From: Alphaproteobacteria bacterium
GTDB lineage: Bacteria > Pseudomonadota > Alphaproteobacteria > UBA828
DNA: 64,000 nucleotides
Assembly: GCA_965237415.1 (NCBI GenBank)
Contig: CBDEFM010000002.1
Span: 3,456,001 to 3,520,000 of the forward strand
Reading direction: 5' to 3'
Positions within the stretch are counted from its first letter, which is position 1; each line of letters begins with the position of its first letter. Position numbers and translations under genes: made by a program. Positions 1 through 9,250 of the stretch are shown here, in pieces. The notes under the pieces were generated by a model, which was not told the DNA's origin, searched no databases, and was given only the letters and a program-made list of their open reading frames with translations.

Positions 1-129
1 ATGGAGCCGGTGGCCGGCGCGCGCCGCGAGCTCCTCGAGGCCATGATCCAGGTCGCCGAGACCGGGCGGGGGCCCGAGGAGCAGCTGCCGTCCATGGGGT
101 GTTCGATCAAATGGCGCGAGGCCGCCTGA
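1..129 (+). CDS. Thioredoxin/AhpC-TSA family protein, C-terminal fragment (partial at window edge)
   Basis: Frame +1 reads ...RRELLEAMIQVAETGRGPEEQLPSMGCSIKWREAA*; PSMGCSIKW is the typical C-terminus of this family. Confidence 0.75.
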   Translation: MEPVAGARRELLEAMIQVAETGRGPEEQLPSMGCSIKWREAA

Positions 130-186
130 GCCGGGTTCCCGCGCCTCGCGGGACGGCACGGCAACGGCACTGACGGAGACGCAGGC

Positions 187-918
187 GTGGTCGATATCTT
201 CCGAGAGGTCGATGAGGACCTTCGGCACGAACGCTATCTCAAGCTCTGGCGGCGGTGGCGCTATTGGCTGCTGGGCGTGGGCGTGGTGGCGCTCGGCGCT
301 GCGGTCGCCTACGTGGTGATCACCGACGCCAAGGAGAGCGCCCGCCAGGCGGAGGGGCGGCAGTTCGCAGCCGCGATTGCCGGGATCGAGGCCGGCCGCG
401 GGAGCGAGGCCGTGGAACGGCTCGCAATGCTCGCCGCTGATTCGGAGAGCGGCTACGCCGCGCTCGCCCGGCTCGGAGAGGCCGATGCGCGCGCAAGGCG
501 AGGCGACATCACCGGCGCCGTCCTGACGTACGATCTCCTGGCCGGGGACAGCAGTATCGACCCGCTCTATCGCGACTTGGGCGCCCTGCTTGCGGCGCAG
601 CGCTTGGTCGATCGCGCACCTGTGGCGGAGGTCAACCAACGCCTTGCGTCTCTGCTTGCAGGCCATTCGCCGTGGCGGCCGCTCGCGGCAGAGCTTTCGG
701 CCATTGCGGAGATGCGCGCCGGCAACGAGGAAGCGGCGCGTGCGCTCTTCGCAGAGCTCGTGAGCGACCCCGCCGCACCGCTCGGCCTGCGCCAACGGGC
801 GGCCGAGCTGCTGACGAGCCTCGGCGGCGATCTGGAGGCGGCGCTGGCGGGCGGCGCCTCGTCCGTCGCCCGGGACGACGCCGATACGGCCGGCCCGGCC
901 GGGGAGGCGGCGGAATGA
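187..918 (+). CDS. YfgM-like membrane-anchored tetratricopeptide-repeat protein
   Basis: N-terminal DIFREVDEDLR motif, one TM helix, TPR-like helices; directly upstream of bamB-der (conserved synteny). Confidence 0.85.
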   Translation: MVDIFREVDEDLRHERYLKLWRRWRYWLLGVGVVALGAAVAYVVITDAKESARQAEGRQFAAAIAGIEAGRGSEAVERLAMLAADSESGYAALARLGEADARARRGDITGAVLTYDLLAGDSSIDPLYRDLGALLAAQRLVDRAPVAEVNQRLASLLAGHSPWRPLAAELSAIAEMRAGNEEAARALFAELVSDPAAPLGLRQRAAELLTSLGGDLEAALAGGASSVARDDADTAGPAGEAAE

Positions 919-2270
919 CACACGTCTTGCCGAGGGGAATCGAACGGGGCGCCGCCCTGCTCGGACTCTGCCTCGCGCTCGGCCTTGGCGGCTGCGACAC
1001 CGTGTCGGACTTGTTCGACGATTCGGACGAAGCGCCGCTGGCCGGCGATCGGCTCTCGGTGATCTTCCTCGAACGGCAGCTGGAGCCGGACCCCGGCGCC
1101 GATCTGCTCACGGTGCGCCTGCCGCCGCCCTATGTGAACGAGGACTGGCCCCAGGCAGGGGGCTACCCCCACCATGCCATGCACCATCTCGCCGCGGCCG
1201 ATGTCCTCGCGGAGGCTTGGCGCGTCCGCATCGGTCGCGGCACCGACGATGACGGGCCCGCCCTGTCACCGCCCGTCATCGCCGGCGGACGGGTCTTCAC
1301 CATGGATTCGAGGAGCCTGATTTCGGCCTTCGACGCGACCACCGGTGCCAGATTGTGGACTGCCGACACCCGGCCCGAAGACGATGACGAAGGCGCCTTC
1401 GGCGGCGGCCTCGCGCTGGCGGGGGGCTGGCTGTTCGCGGCCACGGGCCTCGGCCACGTGCTCGCGCTGGATGCGGAGACCGGTGCCATGCAGTGGCGGC
1501 AACCCATCGGCGTGCCTGTGCGTGCAGCGCCCGTCATCTCCGGCGGCCGTGTCTTCGCCGTGAGCCATGACAACCGGCTCTGGGCGCTGGATGCCCGCAG
1601 CGGCGCCGTGCAGTGGAGCCATGCCGGGATCGAGGAGAGCGCCGGTTTTCTCGGCGGGGCGAGCCCGGCGGTGGATGGCGGCATCGTCATCGCGCCCTTC
1701 TCGTCCGGAGAGCTGACGGCGCTCCGGGTCGAGAACGGGCGCACCGTCTGGGCCGATATCCTCGCCGTCCAGGGTGTCCGCATCGGCGCCATCGCGACCT
1801 TCAACGACATCGACGGAAGCCCCGTGATGGATCGGGGCCTCGTCTTGGCGATCGGTCATGGCGGACGCATGGTCTCCATCGATGAGCGCAGCGGCCGGCG
1901 CGTCTGGGAGCGGGACATCGCCGGTCTCGATACGCCATGGGTCGCCGGCGAATTCGTGTTCGTGATGACCGCTGATGGCGAGCTCGTCTGCTTGAGCCGG
2001 GAGCGCGGCGCCATTCTTTGGGTCCGGTCGCTGCCGCGCTTCGAGGACCCGGAGGATCGAGAGGATCCGATTTTCTGGTCCGGTCCGGCTCTGGTCGGCG
2101 ATCGGCTGATCGCCGCGGGCTCGGACGGCAGCGTGCTCTCGATCTCGCCCTATGACGGCCGCTATCTGGGTGCGTACGACGCAAGAGGCGCCGTTCGCCT
2201 GCCGCCCGTGGTCGCCGATCGGACGCTCTTCATCCTGACCGACGACGCGGATCTGATCGCACTCCGCTGA
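915..2270 (+). CDS. bamB: Outer-membrane assembly lipoprotein BamB-like (PQQ-like beta-propeller)
   Basis: ATG at 915 overlaps upstream stop (ATGA); lipobox LGLGGC; repeated ALDAxxGxxxW propeller motifs; yfgM-bamB-der synteny. Confidence 0.85.
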   Translation: MTHVLPRGIERGAALLGLCLALGLGGCDTVSDLFDDSDEAPLAGDRLSVIFLERQLEPDPGADLLTVRLPPPYVNEDWPQAGGYPHHAMHHLAAADVLAEAWRVRIGRGTDDDGPALSPPVIAGGRVFTMDSRSLISAFDATTGARLWTADTRPEDDDEGAFGGGLALAGGWLFAATGLGHVLALDAETGAMQWRQPIGVPVRAAPVISGGRVFAVSHDNRLWALDARSGAVQWSHAGIEESAGFLGGASPAVDGGIVIAPFSSGELTALRVENGRTVWADILAVQGVRIGAIATFNDIDGSPVMDRGLVLAIGHGGRMVSIDERSGRRVWERDIAGLDTPWVAGEFVFVMTADGELVCLSRERGAILWVRSLPRFEDPEDREDPIFWSGPALVGDRLIAAGSDGSVLSISPYDGRYLGAYDARGAVRLPPVVADRTLFILTDDADLIALR

Positions 2271-2279
2271 GGCCCGCCT

Positions 2280-3620
2280 GTGGCCTTCACTGTCGCCATC
2301 GTCGGCCGCCCCAACGTCGGCAAGTCGACGCTCTTCAACCGGCTGGTCGGCCGGCGCGCCGCGCTTGTCGCACGGACGCCCGGCGTGACCCGGGACCGGC
2401 GCGAAGGCTGGGCGCGGATCGGCCCCCTCAGGTTCCGCGCCATCGACACGGCGGGGCTCGAGGAGGCGGCGCCGGAGACTCTCGCCGGCCGTATGATGGC
2501 GCAGACGGCGCGCGCGCTGGAGGAGGCCGACGCCGCGCTTCTCCTGATCGACGGCCGGGCAGGGGTGACACCGGCCGACGCGTTCTTCGTGAACCAGCTC
2601 CGGCGGCTGCAGGTCCCCATTATTCTTGCGGTCAACAAGTGCGAGGGCAGCGCTGCCGAGGGCGGGATCGCGGAGAGCCACGCCCTCGGGCTGGGGCAGC
2701 CGATCCCGATCTCGGCGGAGCACGGGGAGGGCCTTGCGGACCTCTACGACGCGCTGAGCCCCTTCGACTCCGAGGCGGCGCAGGGTGCCGCCGCCGCACC
2801 CGGCGCGGACGACGTGCTCCGGCTCGCCATCGTCGGCCGCCCCAATGTCGGCAAGTCGACGCTGCTCAACCGGCTGGTGGGCGAGGCGCGCGTCATCACC
2901 GGCGCCGAGCCGGGGCTCACGCGGGATTCGATCGCGGTGCGCTGGTCCTACGAGGGTCGGGCGGTCGAGCTGGTGGATACCGCGGGCATGCGCCGCCGGG
3001 CCAAGACCGTGAAGGCGCTCGACAAGCTCTCGTCGCGGGACGCCGAGCGCGCCCTTGGCCAGGCGGCGGTGGTGCTCGCCGTGTTCGACGCCACCGACCC
3101 CGCTAGCCGACAGGACATGGCGATTGCCGCCCGTGTGGCGGACGAAGGCCGGGCCCTCGTCATCCTGCTCAACAAGTGGGATCTGGTGCGGGACCGTACC
3201 GCCGCGCGCGCTGCCGTCGAGGATCGGCTGGAGGCGGCGCTCGCCCAGGTGAAAGGGGTTCCGCTGGTGACCTGCTCGGCGCTGACCGGCGCGGGTGCCG
3301 AGAAGATCATGCCGGCGGTGCTCGCCGCCTTCGAGACATGGAACCGCCGCGTGCCCACCGCCGCGCTCAACCGCTGGCTGGAAGGGGCGGTCGACCATCA
3401 TCCGCCGCCGCTCGTGGCCGGCCGAAGGCTGAAGCTCCGCTATATCACCCAGGTCAAGGCGCGGCCGCCGACCTTCGCCCTCTTTGCGAGCAAGCCGACG
3501 GCGCTGCCGGAGAGCTATCGCCGCTATCTGGTGAACGGGATCGGCGCCGAATTCGGCCTCGCCGGCGTGCCGATCCGCCTCATGCTGCGCGCGGGCAAGA
3601 ACCCCTATGCACCAGGGTAG
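2280..3620 (+). CDS. der: Ribosome biogenesis GTPase Der (EngA)
   Basis: Two GRPNVGKS P-loops, DTAG and NKxx motifs, C-terminal KH-like domain ending GKNPY. Confidence 0.97.
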   Translation: MAFTVAIVGRPNVGKSTLFNRLVGRRAALVARTPGVTRDRREGWARIGPLRFRAIDTAGLEEAAPETLAGRMMAQTARALEEADAALLLIDGRAGVTPADAFFVNQLRRLQVPIILAVNKCEGSAAEGGIAESHALGLGQPIPISAEHGEGLADLYDALSPFDSEAAQGAAAAPGADDVLRLAIVGRPNVGKSTLLNRLVGEARVITGAEPGLTRDSIAVRWSYEGRAVELVDTAGMRRRAKTVKALDKLSSRDAERALGQAAVVLAVFDATDPASRQDMAIAARVADEGRALVILLNKWDLVRDRTAARAAVEDRLEAALAQVKGVPLVTCSALTGAGAEKIMPAVLAAFETWNRRVPTAALNRWLEGAVDHHPPPLVAGRRLKLRYITQVKARPPTFALFASKPTALPESYRRYLVNGIGAEFGLAGVPIRLMLRAGKNPYAPG

Positions 3621-3780
3621 GGTGGAATTCTCGCCGCGGCCTCGGTATGCGCTGCCATCTGAGCGAAGAGCGGATAAGGCGCATCGAGCGAGGAAGGGAC
3701 GACAGCGAAAACATGAAATTACAAAACGAAGCCAATTTCACGTAACTCGTTGTTTCATAACACAACTTGACGAATTTCAC

Positions 3781-5313
3781 TCAGCCCTCCGCCTCCAGCT
3801 CTTCGCGGAGGGTGCGCTTCAGCACCTTGCCGTAGTTGTTCTTGGGCAGGCCGTCCACGATGCGGTAGTCCCTCGGCCGCTTGAAGCGGGCGATGCTCTC
3901 CAGGCAGAGCCGGTCGAGCCGCTCACCGGTGACGCTCCGCCCGTCGTGCGGCACGACGAAGGCGACCACCTCTTCGCCCCACTCGGGATGCGCGCGCCCG
4001 ACGACCGCGGCCTCGCGCACCGCCTCGTCCCGCAGCAGGACCTCCTCGATCTCGCGCGGATAGATGTTGGTCCCGCCGGAGATGATCATGTCCTTGGCGC
4101 GGTCGAGCAGGGTGAGGAAGCCGTCCTCGTCGAAGCGGCCGACATCGCCGGTGTGCAGCCAGCCGCCCTTGAGCGCGCTCGCGGTGGCCTCGGGGTTCTC
4201 CCAGTAGCCCGGCATCACCACGTCGCCGCGCACGATGATTTCGCCGCTCTCGCCCGCCGGCAGCGGGCGGTCGTCTTCGCCCACGACGCGCACCTCGACG
4301 TCGGTCCGCGCGATCCCGGCCGAGCCGAGGCGTTCGCCGAAGCGGGGGTGGGCGCCGTCGGCATGATAGGCCTGGGACAGCGCGGTGATGGTCATCGGGG
4401 CCTCGCCCTGGCCATAGATCTGGGCGAGCTTGGGGCCGAAGGCGGCGAGCGCGCGCTCCACGTCCGCGACGTACATCGGGCCGCCGCCATAGATGATGAG
4501 GTCGAGGTTGGTTGTATCGGCGTTGCTGAGCGCCGGGCTATCCAGCAGCCGCACCACCATGGTGGGGGCTGCGAACATGCTGAGCCCAGGGTGGCATTCT
4601 ATCAGGCTCAACACCTCTGCCGGCTCGAAGCCGCCGCTCTCGGGGATCACGTTGTTGGCGCCCTTGGCGATGAAGGGGAGCGCGTAGAGGCCCGAGCCGT
4701 GGGAGAGCGGTGCCGCGTGGAGCACGCAATCGGCGGCCGTGACCGGGTTGAGATCGGCGAAATAGCTCAGTGTCATCACCAGCAGATTGCGATGCGTGAT
4801 GGTGGCGCCCTTGGGTCGGCCGGTGGTGCCGCTGGTGTAGAAGAGCCAGGCGGGGTCGTCCGGCTCAGCCGCCGCGGGGTCTGCCGGATCATGGTCGAGC
4901 ATGGCGCGGTAATCGTCCGAACCAGCGACGAGCGGCGGCGCGAGCCCCGGCGCGTCAGCGCGGACGCTCTCGATCCCCTCCGCGTGGCCCTCGTCGGTGA
5001 TGCAGAGCCGGGATCCCGAATTGCCGAGGATGTAGGCGACCTCGCGCGGGTGCAGCTTGGCATTGACGGGGACCGCGACGAGGCCCGCGTACCAGATGCC
5101 GAACAGCGCTTCGAGGTAGTCCGGCCGGTTCGCCATGACGATGGCCACCCGATCGCCGGCAGCGAGCCCGTGATCGGCCCGGAGCGCACCCGCGATCGCG
5201 CCGGCGCGCCGGTCGAGCTCGCCGTAGCGCGTGGCAACCGCACTGCCGAGGGATACCGCCGGCCGTTCGGGCAGGGTCCGTGCTGACTTCGCCAACAGCG
5301 CTGCGATGTTCAT
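3781..5313 (-). CDS. AMP-dependent acyl-CoA synthetase/ligase
   Basis: [31 protein letters not shown] and GKVLK adenylation motifs. Confidence 0.93.
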   Translation of the reverse strand: MNIAALLAKSARTLPERPAVSLGSAVATRYGELDRRAGAIAGALRADHGLAAGDRVAIVMANRPDYLEALFGIWYAGLVAVPVNAKLHPREVAYILGNSGSRLCITDEGHAEGIESVRADAPGLAPPLVAGSDDYRAMLDHDPADPAAAEPDDPAWLFYTSGTTGRPKGATITHRNLLVMTLSYFADLNPVTAADCVLHAAPLSHGSGLYALPFIAKGANNVIPESGGFEPAEVLSLIECHPGLSMFAAPTMVVRLLDSPALSNADTTNLDLIIYGGGPMYVADVERALAAFGPKLAQIYGQGEAPMTITALSQAYHADGAHPRFGERLGSAGIARTDVEVRVVGEDDRPLPAGESGEIIVRGDVVMPGYWENPEATASALKGGWLHTGDVGRFDEDGFLTLLDRAKDMIISGGTNIYPREIEEVLLRDEAVREAAVVGRAHPEWGEEVVAFVVPHDGRSVTGERLDRLCLESIARFKRPRDYRIVDGLPKNNYGKVLKRTLREELEAEG

Positions 5314-5398
5314 TGCTAAGCCCCGCTCCCTTTCTCCCGCGTGGCCGTCATCCTATACCGGCGGGGCGGGGGCGAGGCTACATCCGAACCCGTGCGCG

Positions 5399-5425
5399 CT
5401 GACAATCGTCATAGTGCATATTACG
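5399..5425 (+). promoter_or_regulatory. Putative higBA promoter with palindromic autorepression operator
   Basis: CTGACA (-35-like) at 5399-5404, then imperfect palindrome CGTCATA-gtgca-TATTACG (5407-5425) just before higB ATG. Confidence 0.4.
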
Positions 5426-5432
5426 GCCATCC

Positions 5433-5711
5433 ATGATACGGAGCTTCAGAAGCCGCGCGCTTCGGCGCTTCGCAGAACGCGGAGACGAGCGGCGCATCCA
5501 CGCCGAGCATCGGGAGACCGTACGGGACATCCTGGTGCGCCTCAACGCCTCCGCCGCGCCGGAGGACATGGATCTGCCCGGCTTCCGGCTTCACCGGCTG
5601 AAGGGAGACTATGCCGGATTCTGGTCCGTCACGGTGCGCGCCAACTGGCGCGTGATCTTCCGCTTCCAGGACGGTCACGCCGTCGATGTCGACTATCTCG
5701 ACTACCACTAG
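5433..5711 (+). CDS. higB: Type II toxin, HigB/RelE-like (plasmid maintenance killer family)
   Basis: [13 protein letters not shown]...LHRLKGD...[15 protein letters not shown]...DYLDYH signature; toxin-before-antitoxin order. Confidence 0.92.
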   Translation: MIRSFRSRALRRFAERGDERRIHAEHRETVRDILVRLNASAAPEDMDLPGFRLHRLKGDYAGFWSVTVRANWRVIFRFQDGHAVDVDYLDYH

Positions 5712-5723
5712 AGGGGTTCCGCG

Positions 5724-6011
5724 ATGCTGGTGCACAACCCGCCCCACCCCGGCGCCTTCATCAGGCGCCAGTGCCTCGAACCCCTCGGACTGACGGTGAC
5801 CGAAGCAGCCAAGGGTCTCGCGGTGTCGCGCAACACGCTGTCCATGCTGCTCAACGGCCGTATCGGGATTTCTCCCGAGATGGCGATCCGATTGTCCCAA
5901 GCCTTCGGCGGCAGCCCGGAGAGCTGGTTGCAGCAGCAGATGCAATACGATCTCTGGCACGCTCAGCGAAACCGGGAAGACGTCGCAATTCGCAAATTCG
6001 TCGCCGCCTGA
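5724..6011 (+). CDS. higA: HigA family HTH antitoxin
   Basis: NPPHPG start, [12 protein letters not shown]...SPESWL..Q..YDL motif. Confidence 0.92.
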   Translation: MLVHNPPHPGAFIRRQCLEPLGLTVTEAAKGLAVSRNTLSMLLNGRIGISPEMAIRLSQAFGGSPESWLQQQMQYDLWHAQRNREDVAIRKFVAA

Positions 6012-6175
6012 GCGCGGCCGGTCGACGCCCGGACATCGGAGCGGGCGTTTCTTCCGAGGTCTGGCTGCCCGGCGGCCGCGCGGGAGCGCGAGAGCGCGGC
6101 ACAAACGCTTTGTCCGCCGTGCCGGTCGCGGTTATTCTTCCAGCGAAACGTGACCAACGGGTCGGGAGGGGCAGC

Positions 6176-6649
6176 GTGGCCCAAGCGCAGGTCAAGATCA
6201 CGGTCAACGGCGAGCAGGTGGCGCGCGAGGTGTCCACCCGCACCCTGCTTGTCGAGTTTCTGCGCTACGATCTCGGCCTCACCGGCACCCATGTCGGCTG
6301 CGACACGAGCCAGTGCGGCGCGTGCAACGTCCATGTCGACGGCCAATGCGTGAAGGCCTGCACGATGCTCGCGGTCCAGGCGGACGGCGCGGACGTGCTG
6401 ACCATCGAGGGTGTGGCCGACGGCGATACGCTCCATCCCATGCAGGCGGCGTTCAAGGAGCACCATGCGCTGCAATGCGGCTTCTGCACGCCCGGCATGG
6501 TGATGAGCGCGCTCGACCTGGTGAAGCGGAACGAGAAGCCGAGCGAGGCAGAGATTCGTACCTATCTGGAGGGCAATTTCTGCCGTTGTACCGGTTACCA
6601 CAATATCGTGAAGGCCATCGCCGCGGGCGCCGAGGCGATGGCGGGCTAG
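6176..6649 (+). CDS. CoxS/CutS-like 2x[2Fe-2S] small subunit of xanthine-oxidase-family enzymes
   Basis: GTG at 6176 after GGAGGG; [18 protein letters not shown] and GNFCRCTGY motifs. Confidence 0.9.
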   Translation: MAQAQVKITVNGEQVAREVSTRTLLVEFLRYDLGLTGTHVGCDTSQCGACNVHVDGQCVKACTMLAVQADGADVLTIEGVADGDTLHPMQAAFKEHHALQCGFCTPGMVMSALDLVKRNEKPSEAEIRTYLEGNFCRCTGYHNIVKAIAAGAEAMAG

Positions 6650-6741
6650 GGAGTGAAGGCGCACATTGCCCGGTGCAAGGCGGGCTTCAAGTAGTGTAGA
6701 GTGTCAGTGAGCGCCTGAGGGGCGCGGCGGAGGTTACGAAC

Positions 6742-7221
6742 GTGCAGAAATCGCTTCATATCGACCCGGACAAATGTACCGGCTGCCTGCAGTGCGAGCT
6801 GGCGTGTTCCCATGTGAACGAAGGGGTGTTCAACCCCGCCAAGTCCCGCATCAAGGTGTTCAACTTCCACGACGAGGGGCGGATGGTCCCCTATACCTGC
6901 ACCCAGTGCGACGAGGCGTGGTGCATGCAGGCCTGCCCGGTCGATGCGATCACGCTCGACGCCGCGACCGGCGCCAAGGTGGTCTCCGATTCGCTCTGCG
7001 TGGGCTGCAAGGTCTGTACCATCGCCTGCCCCTTCGGGACCGTGAATTACAACGCGTCCACCGGCAAGGTGATCAAGTGCGATCTCTGCGGCGGCGACCC
7101 TGAGTGCGCCAAGGCCTGCCCGACGGCGGCGATCACCTATGTGGACGCGAACTGGACCGGCCTCGACAGGATGCGCCAGTGGGCGGCCAAGACCGACGCC
7201 GGCGCGCAGGCCGAGGCTTAG
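6742..7221 (+). CDS. aorA: 4x[4Fe-4S] electron-transfer subunit (AorA-like)
   Basis: Four ferredoxin Cys groups (CTGCLQCELAC, CTQCDEAWCMQACP, CVGCKVCTIACP, CDLCGGDPECAKACP); directly upstream of the AOR catalytic gene. Confidence 0.85.
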   Translation: MQKSLHIDPDKCTGCLQCELACSHVNEGVFNPAKSRIKVFNFHDEGRMVPYTCTQCDEAWCMQACPVDAITLDAATGAKVVSDSLCVGCKVCTIACPFGTVNYNASTGKVIKCDLCGGDPECAKACPTAAITYVDANWTGLDRMRQWAAKTDAGAQAEA

Positions 7222-7233
7222 GGAGGGTTTGTC

Positions 7234-9078
7234 ATGGCGTGGGCAAGGAACATTCTGCGGGTGAACCTCACCGAGGGCACCTGCAAGAACGAGCCGTTGA
7301 ACATGGAATGGGCCCAGAAGTACCTGGGCCAGCGCGGGCTTGCGACCAAGTATCTGGTGGAGGAGACCGACCCGCGAGTCGATCCCCTCTCGCCTGACAA
7401 CAAGATGATCATGACGACCGGCCCGTTGACCGGTACGTGCGCGTCGACGGCGGGGCGCTATTCGGTCGTGACCAAGGGCGCGCTCACCGGCGCGATTGCG
7501 TGCTCGAACTCGGGCGGCTTCTTCGGCAACGAGATGAAGAACGCCGGCTACGACATGATCATCTTCGAGGGCCGGGCGCCGAACCCCGTCTACCTCCTGA
7601 TGGAGAACGACAATATCCAACTGATCGACGCCAGCGAGTTCTGGGGCAAGTCGGTCTGGGATACCGAGGAGGGGATCAAGGCCAAGCATCAGGACCCGCT
7701 GATCCGCGTCGCCTCCATCGGTATCGCCGGCGAGAAGGGCGTCAAGTACGCCTGTGTGGTGAACGACATGCACCGGGCCGCCGGGCGCTCCGGCGTCGGC
7801 ACGGTGATGGGGTCGAAGAACCTCAAGGCGGTGGCGATCCGCGGGACCCTCGGCGTCAAGGTCGAAGATGCCGGTGCCTTCATGCAGGCAACGTCCGAGG
7901 GCAAGAAGATCCTTGCGGACAATGCCGTCACCGGCCAGGGCCTGCCGGCCTACGGCACCCAGGTGCTGATGAACGTCATCAACGAGGTCGGCGCGCTGCC
8001 GACCCACAACCATCGGGACGTGCAGTTCGATGGCGCCAAGAACATCTCGGCCGAGGCGATGGCCGAGCTGCGCGCCGACGGCAAGCCCAACCTGGTGACC
8101 AACGCCGCCTGCTTCGGCTGCACCATCGGCTGCGGGCGCATCTCCACGGTCGAGCGCACCCACTACACGGTGGCCGAGCGGCCGCAGTATCAGATCGCCT
8201 CCGGCGGCCTCGAATACGAGGCGGCCTGGGCGCTGGGCGCTGCCACCGGTGTGGACGATCTCGACGCTCTGACCTTCGCCAACTTCATCTGCAACGAGCA
8301 GGGGATCGACCCGATCTCCTTCGGTGCCACCGTCGGCGCCGCGATGGAGCTCTATGAAGAGGGCGCCATCGGCGACGAGCAGACCGGCGGTCTCGAGGTC
8401 AAGTTCGGTTCCGCCAAGGCGCTGACCGATCTCGCCGAGCTCACCGGTAAGGGCGAGGGCTTCGGTGCCGAGATCGGCCTCGGCTCCAAGCGGCTCTGCG
8501 AGAAGTACGGCAGGCCGGAGCTTTCGATGTCGGTCAAGGGCCAGGAGTTCCCGGCCTACGATTCGCGCGGCATCCAGGGCATGGGCCTCGCCTACGCCAC
8601 GGCGAACCGGGGCGCCTGCCATCTGCGGGCCTACACCGTCTCGTCCGAGATTCTGGGCGTGCCGGAGAAGACCGACCCGCATGTGACCGAGGGCAAGGCC
8701 GGCCTGGTGAAAGCGTTCCAGGACGCGACCTCCGCGGTTGATTCGTCGGGGCTTTGCGTCTTCACGACCTTCGCGTGGTCGCTCGACGACATTGCGCCGC
8801 AGATAAACGCGGCCTGCGAGGGCGAATGGACCGCCGAGCGGCTGCTGGAAGTCGGCGAGCGGATCTGGAACCTGGAGCGGCAGTACAACAATGCGGCGGG
8901 CTTCACGGGCAAGGACGATACTCTGCCTGCGCGCCTCTTGAAGGACGCGGCGAAGACCGGCCCGGCCGAAGGTCTTACCAACGGCCTCGACAAGATGCTG
9001 CCGGAATACTACGAGGTGCGCGGCTGGACCGACGACGGCGTGCCCAGCAACGAAACGGTGGAGCGCCTCGCGCTCTAA
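7234..9078 (+). CDS. aorB: Tungsten-containing aldehyde oxidoreductase, catalytic subunit (AOR family)
   Basis: SNSGG, GRSGVGTVMGSKNLKA, CFGCTIGCGR, GLEYE, RGACH, DSSGLC and EYYEVRGW AOR-family motifs. Confidence 0.93.
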   Translation: MAWARNILRVNLTEGTCKNEPLNMEWAQKYLGQRGLATKYLVEETDPRVDPLSPDNKMIMTTGPLTGTCASTAGRYSVVTKGALTGAIACSNSGGFFGNEMKNAGYDMIIFEGRAPNPVYLLMENDNIQLIDASEFWGKSVWDTEEGIKAKHQDPLIRVASIGIAGEKGVKYACVVNDMHRAAGRSGVGTVMGSKNLKAVAIRGTLGVKVEDAGAFMQATSEGKKILADNAVTGQGLPAYGTQVLMNVINEVGALPTHNHRDVQFDGAKNISAEAMAELRADGKPNLVTNAACFGCTIGCGRISTVERTHYTVAERPQYQIASGGLEYEAAWALGAATGVDDLDALTFANFICNEQGIDPISFGATVGAAMELYEEGAIGDEQTGGLEVKFGSAKALTDLAELTGKGEGFGAEIGLGSKRLCEKYGRPELSMSVKGQEFPAYDSRGIQGMGLAYATANRGACHLRAYTVSSEILGVPEKTDPHVTEGKAGLVKAFQDATSAVDSSGLCVFTTFAWSLDDIAPQINAACEGEWTAERLLEVGERIWNLERQYNNAAGFTGKDDTLPARLLKDAAKTGPAEGLTNGLDKMLPEYYEVRGWTDDGVPSNETVERLAL

Positions 9079-9084
9079 CCCGTA

Positions 9085-9180
9085 TCATTCGTCATTCTCG
9101 TGACGGCGGGGGGCCGCGCGCACCGACAAGGGCGCCGGCCCCCCGGCTTGCATCGGGGGTGGCGGGAATGAACGAGATGA
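9085..9180. repeat. Nested palindromic (REP-like) intercistronic element
   Basis: Outer arms TCATTCGTCATTCTCG (9085-9100) / CGGGAATGAACGAGATGA (9163-9180); perfect inner 10-bp stem CGGGGGGCCG (9107-9116) / CGGCCCCCCG (9136-9145). Confidence 0.7.
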
Positions 9181-9250
9181 AACGAGCCGGGTCGGGCCGC
9201 GCAGGTGCGCGTGCCGCAGGAACGGCGCAAAGAGCCAAGCGGGAGCCAAC

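Noticed and set aside
6176-6649. Evidence for aerobic CO oxidation
   Set aside because: The small subunit alone is not diagnostic; no coxL with its active-site motif in the window
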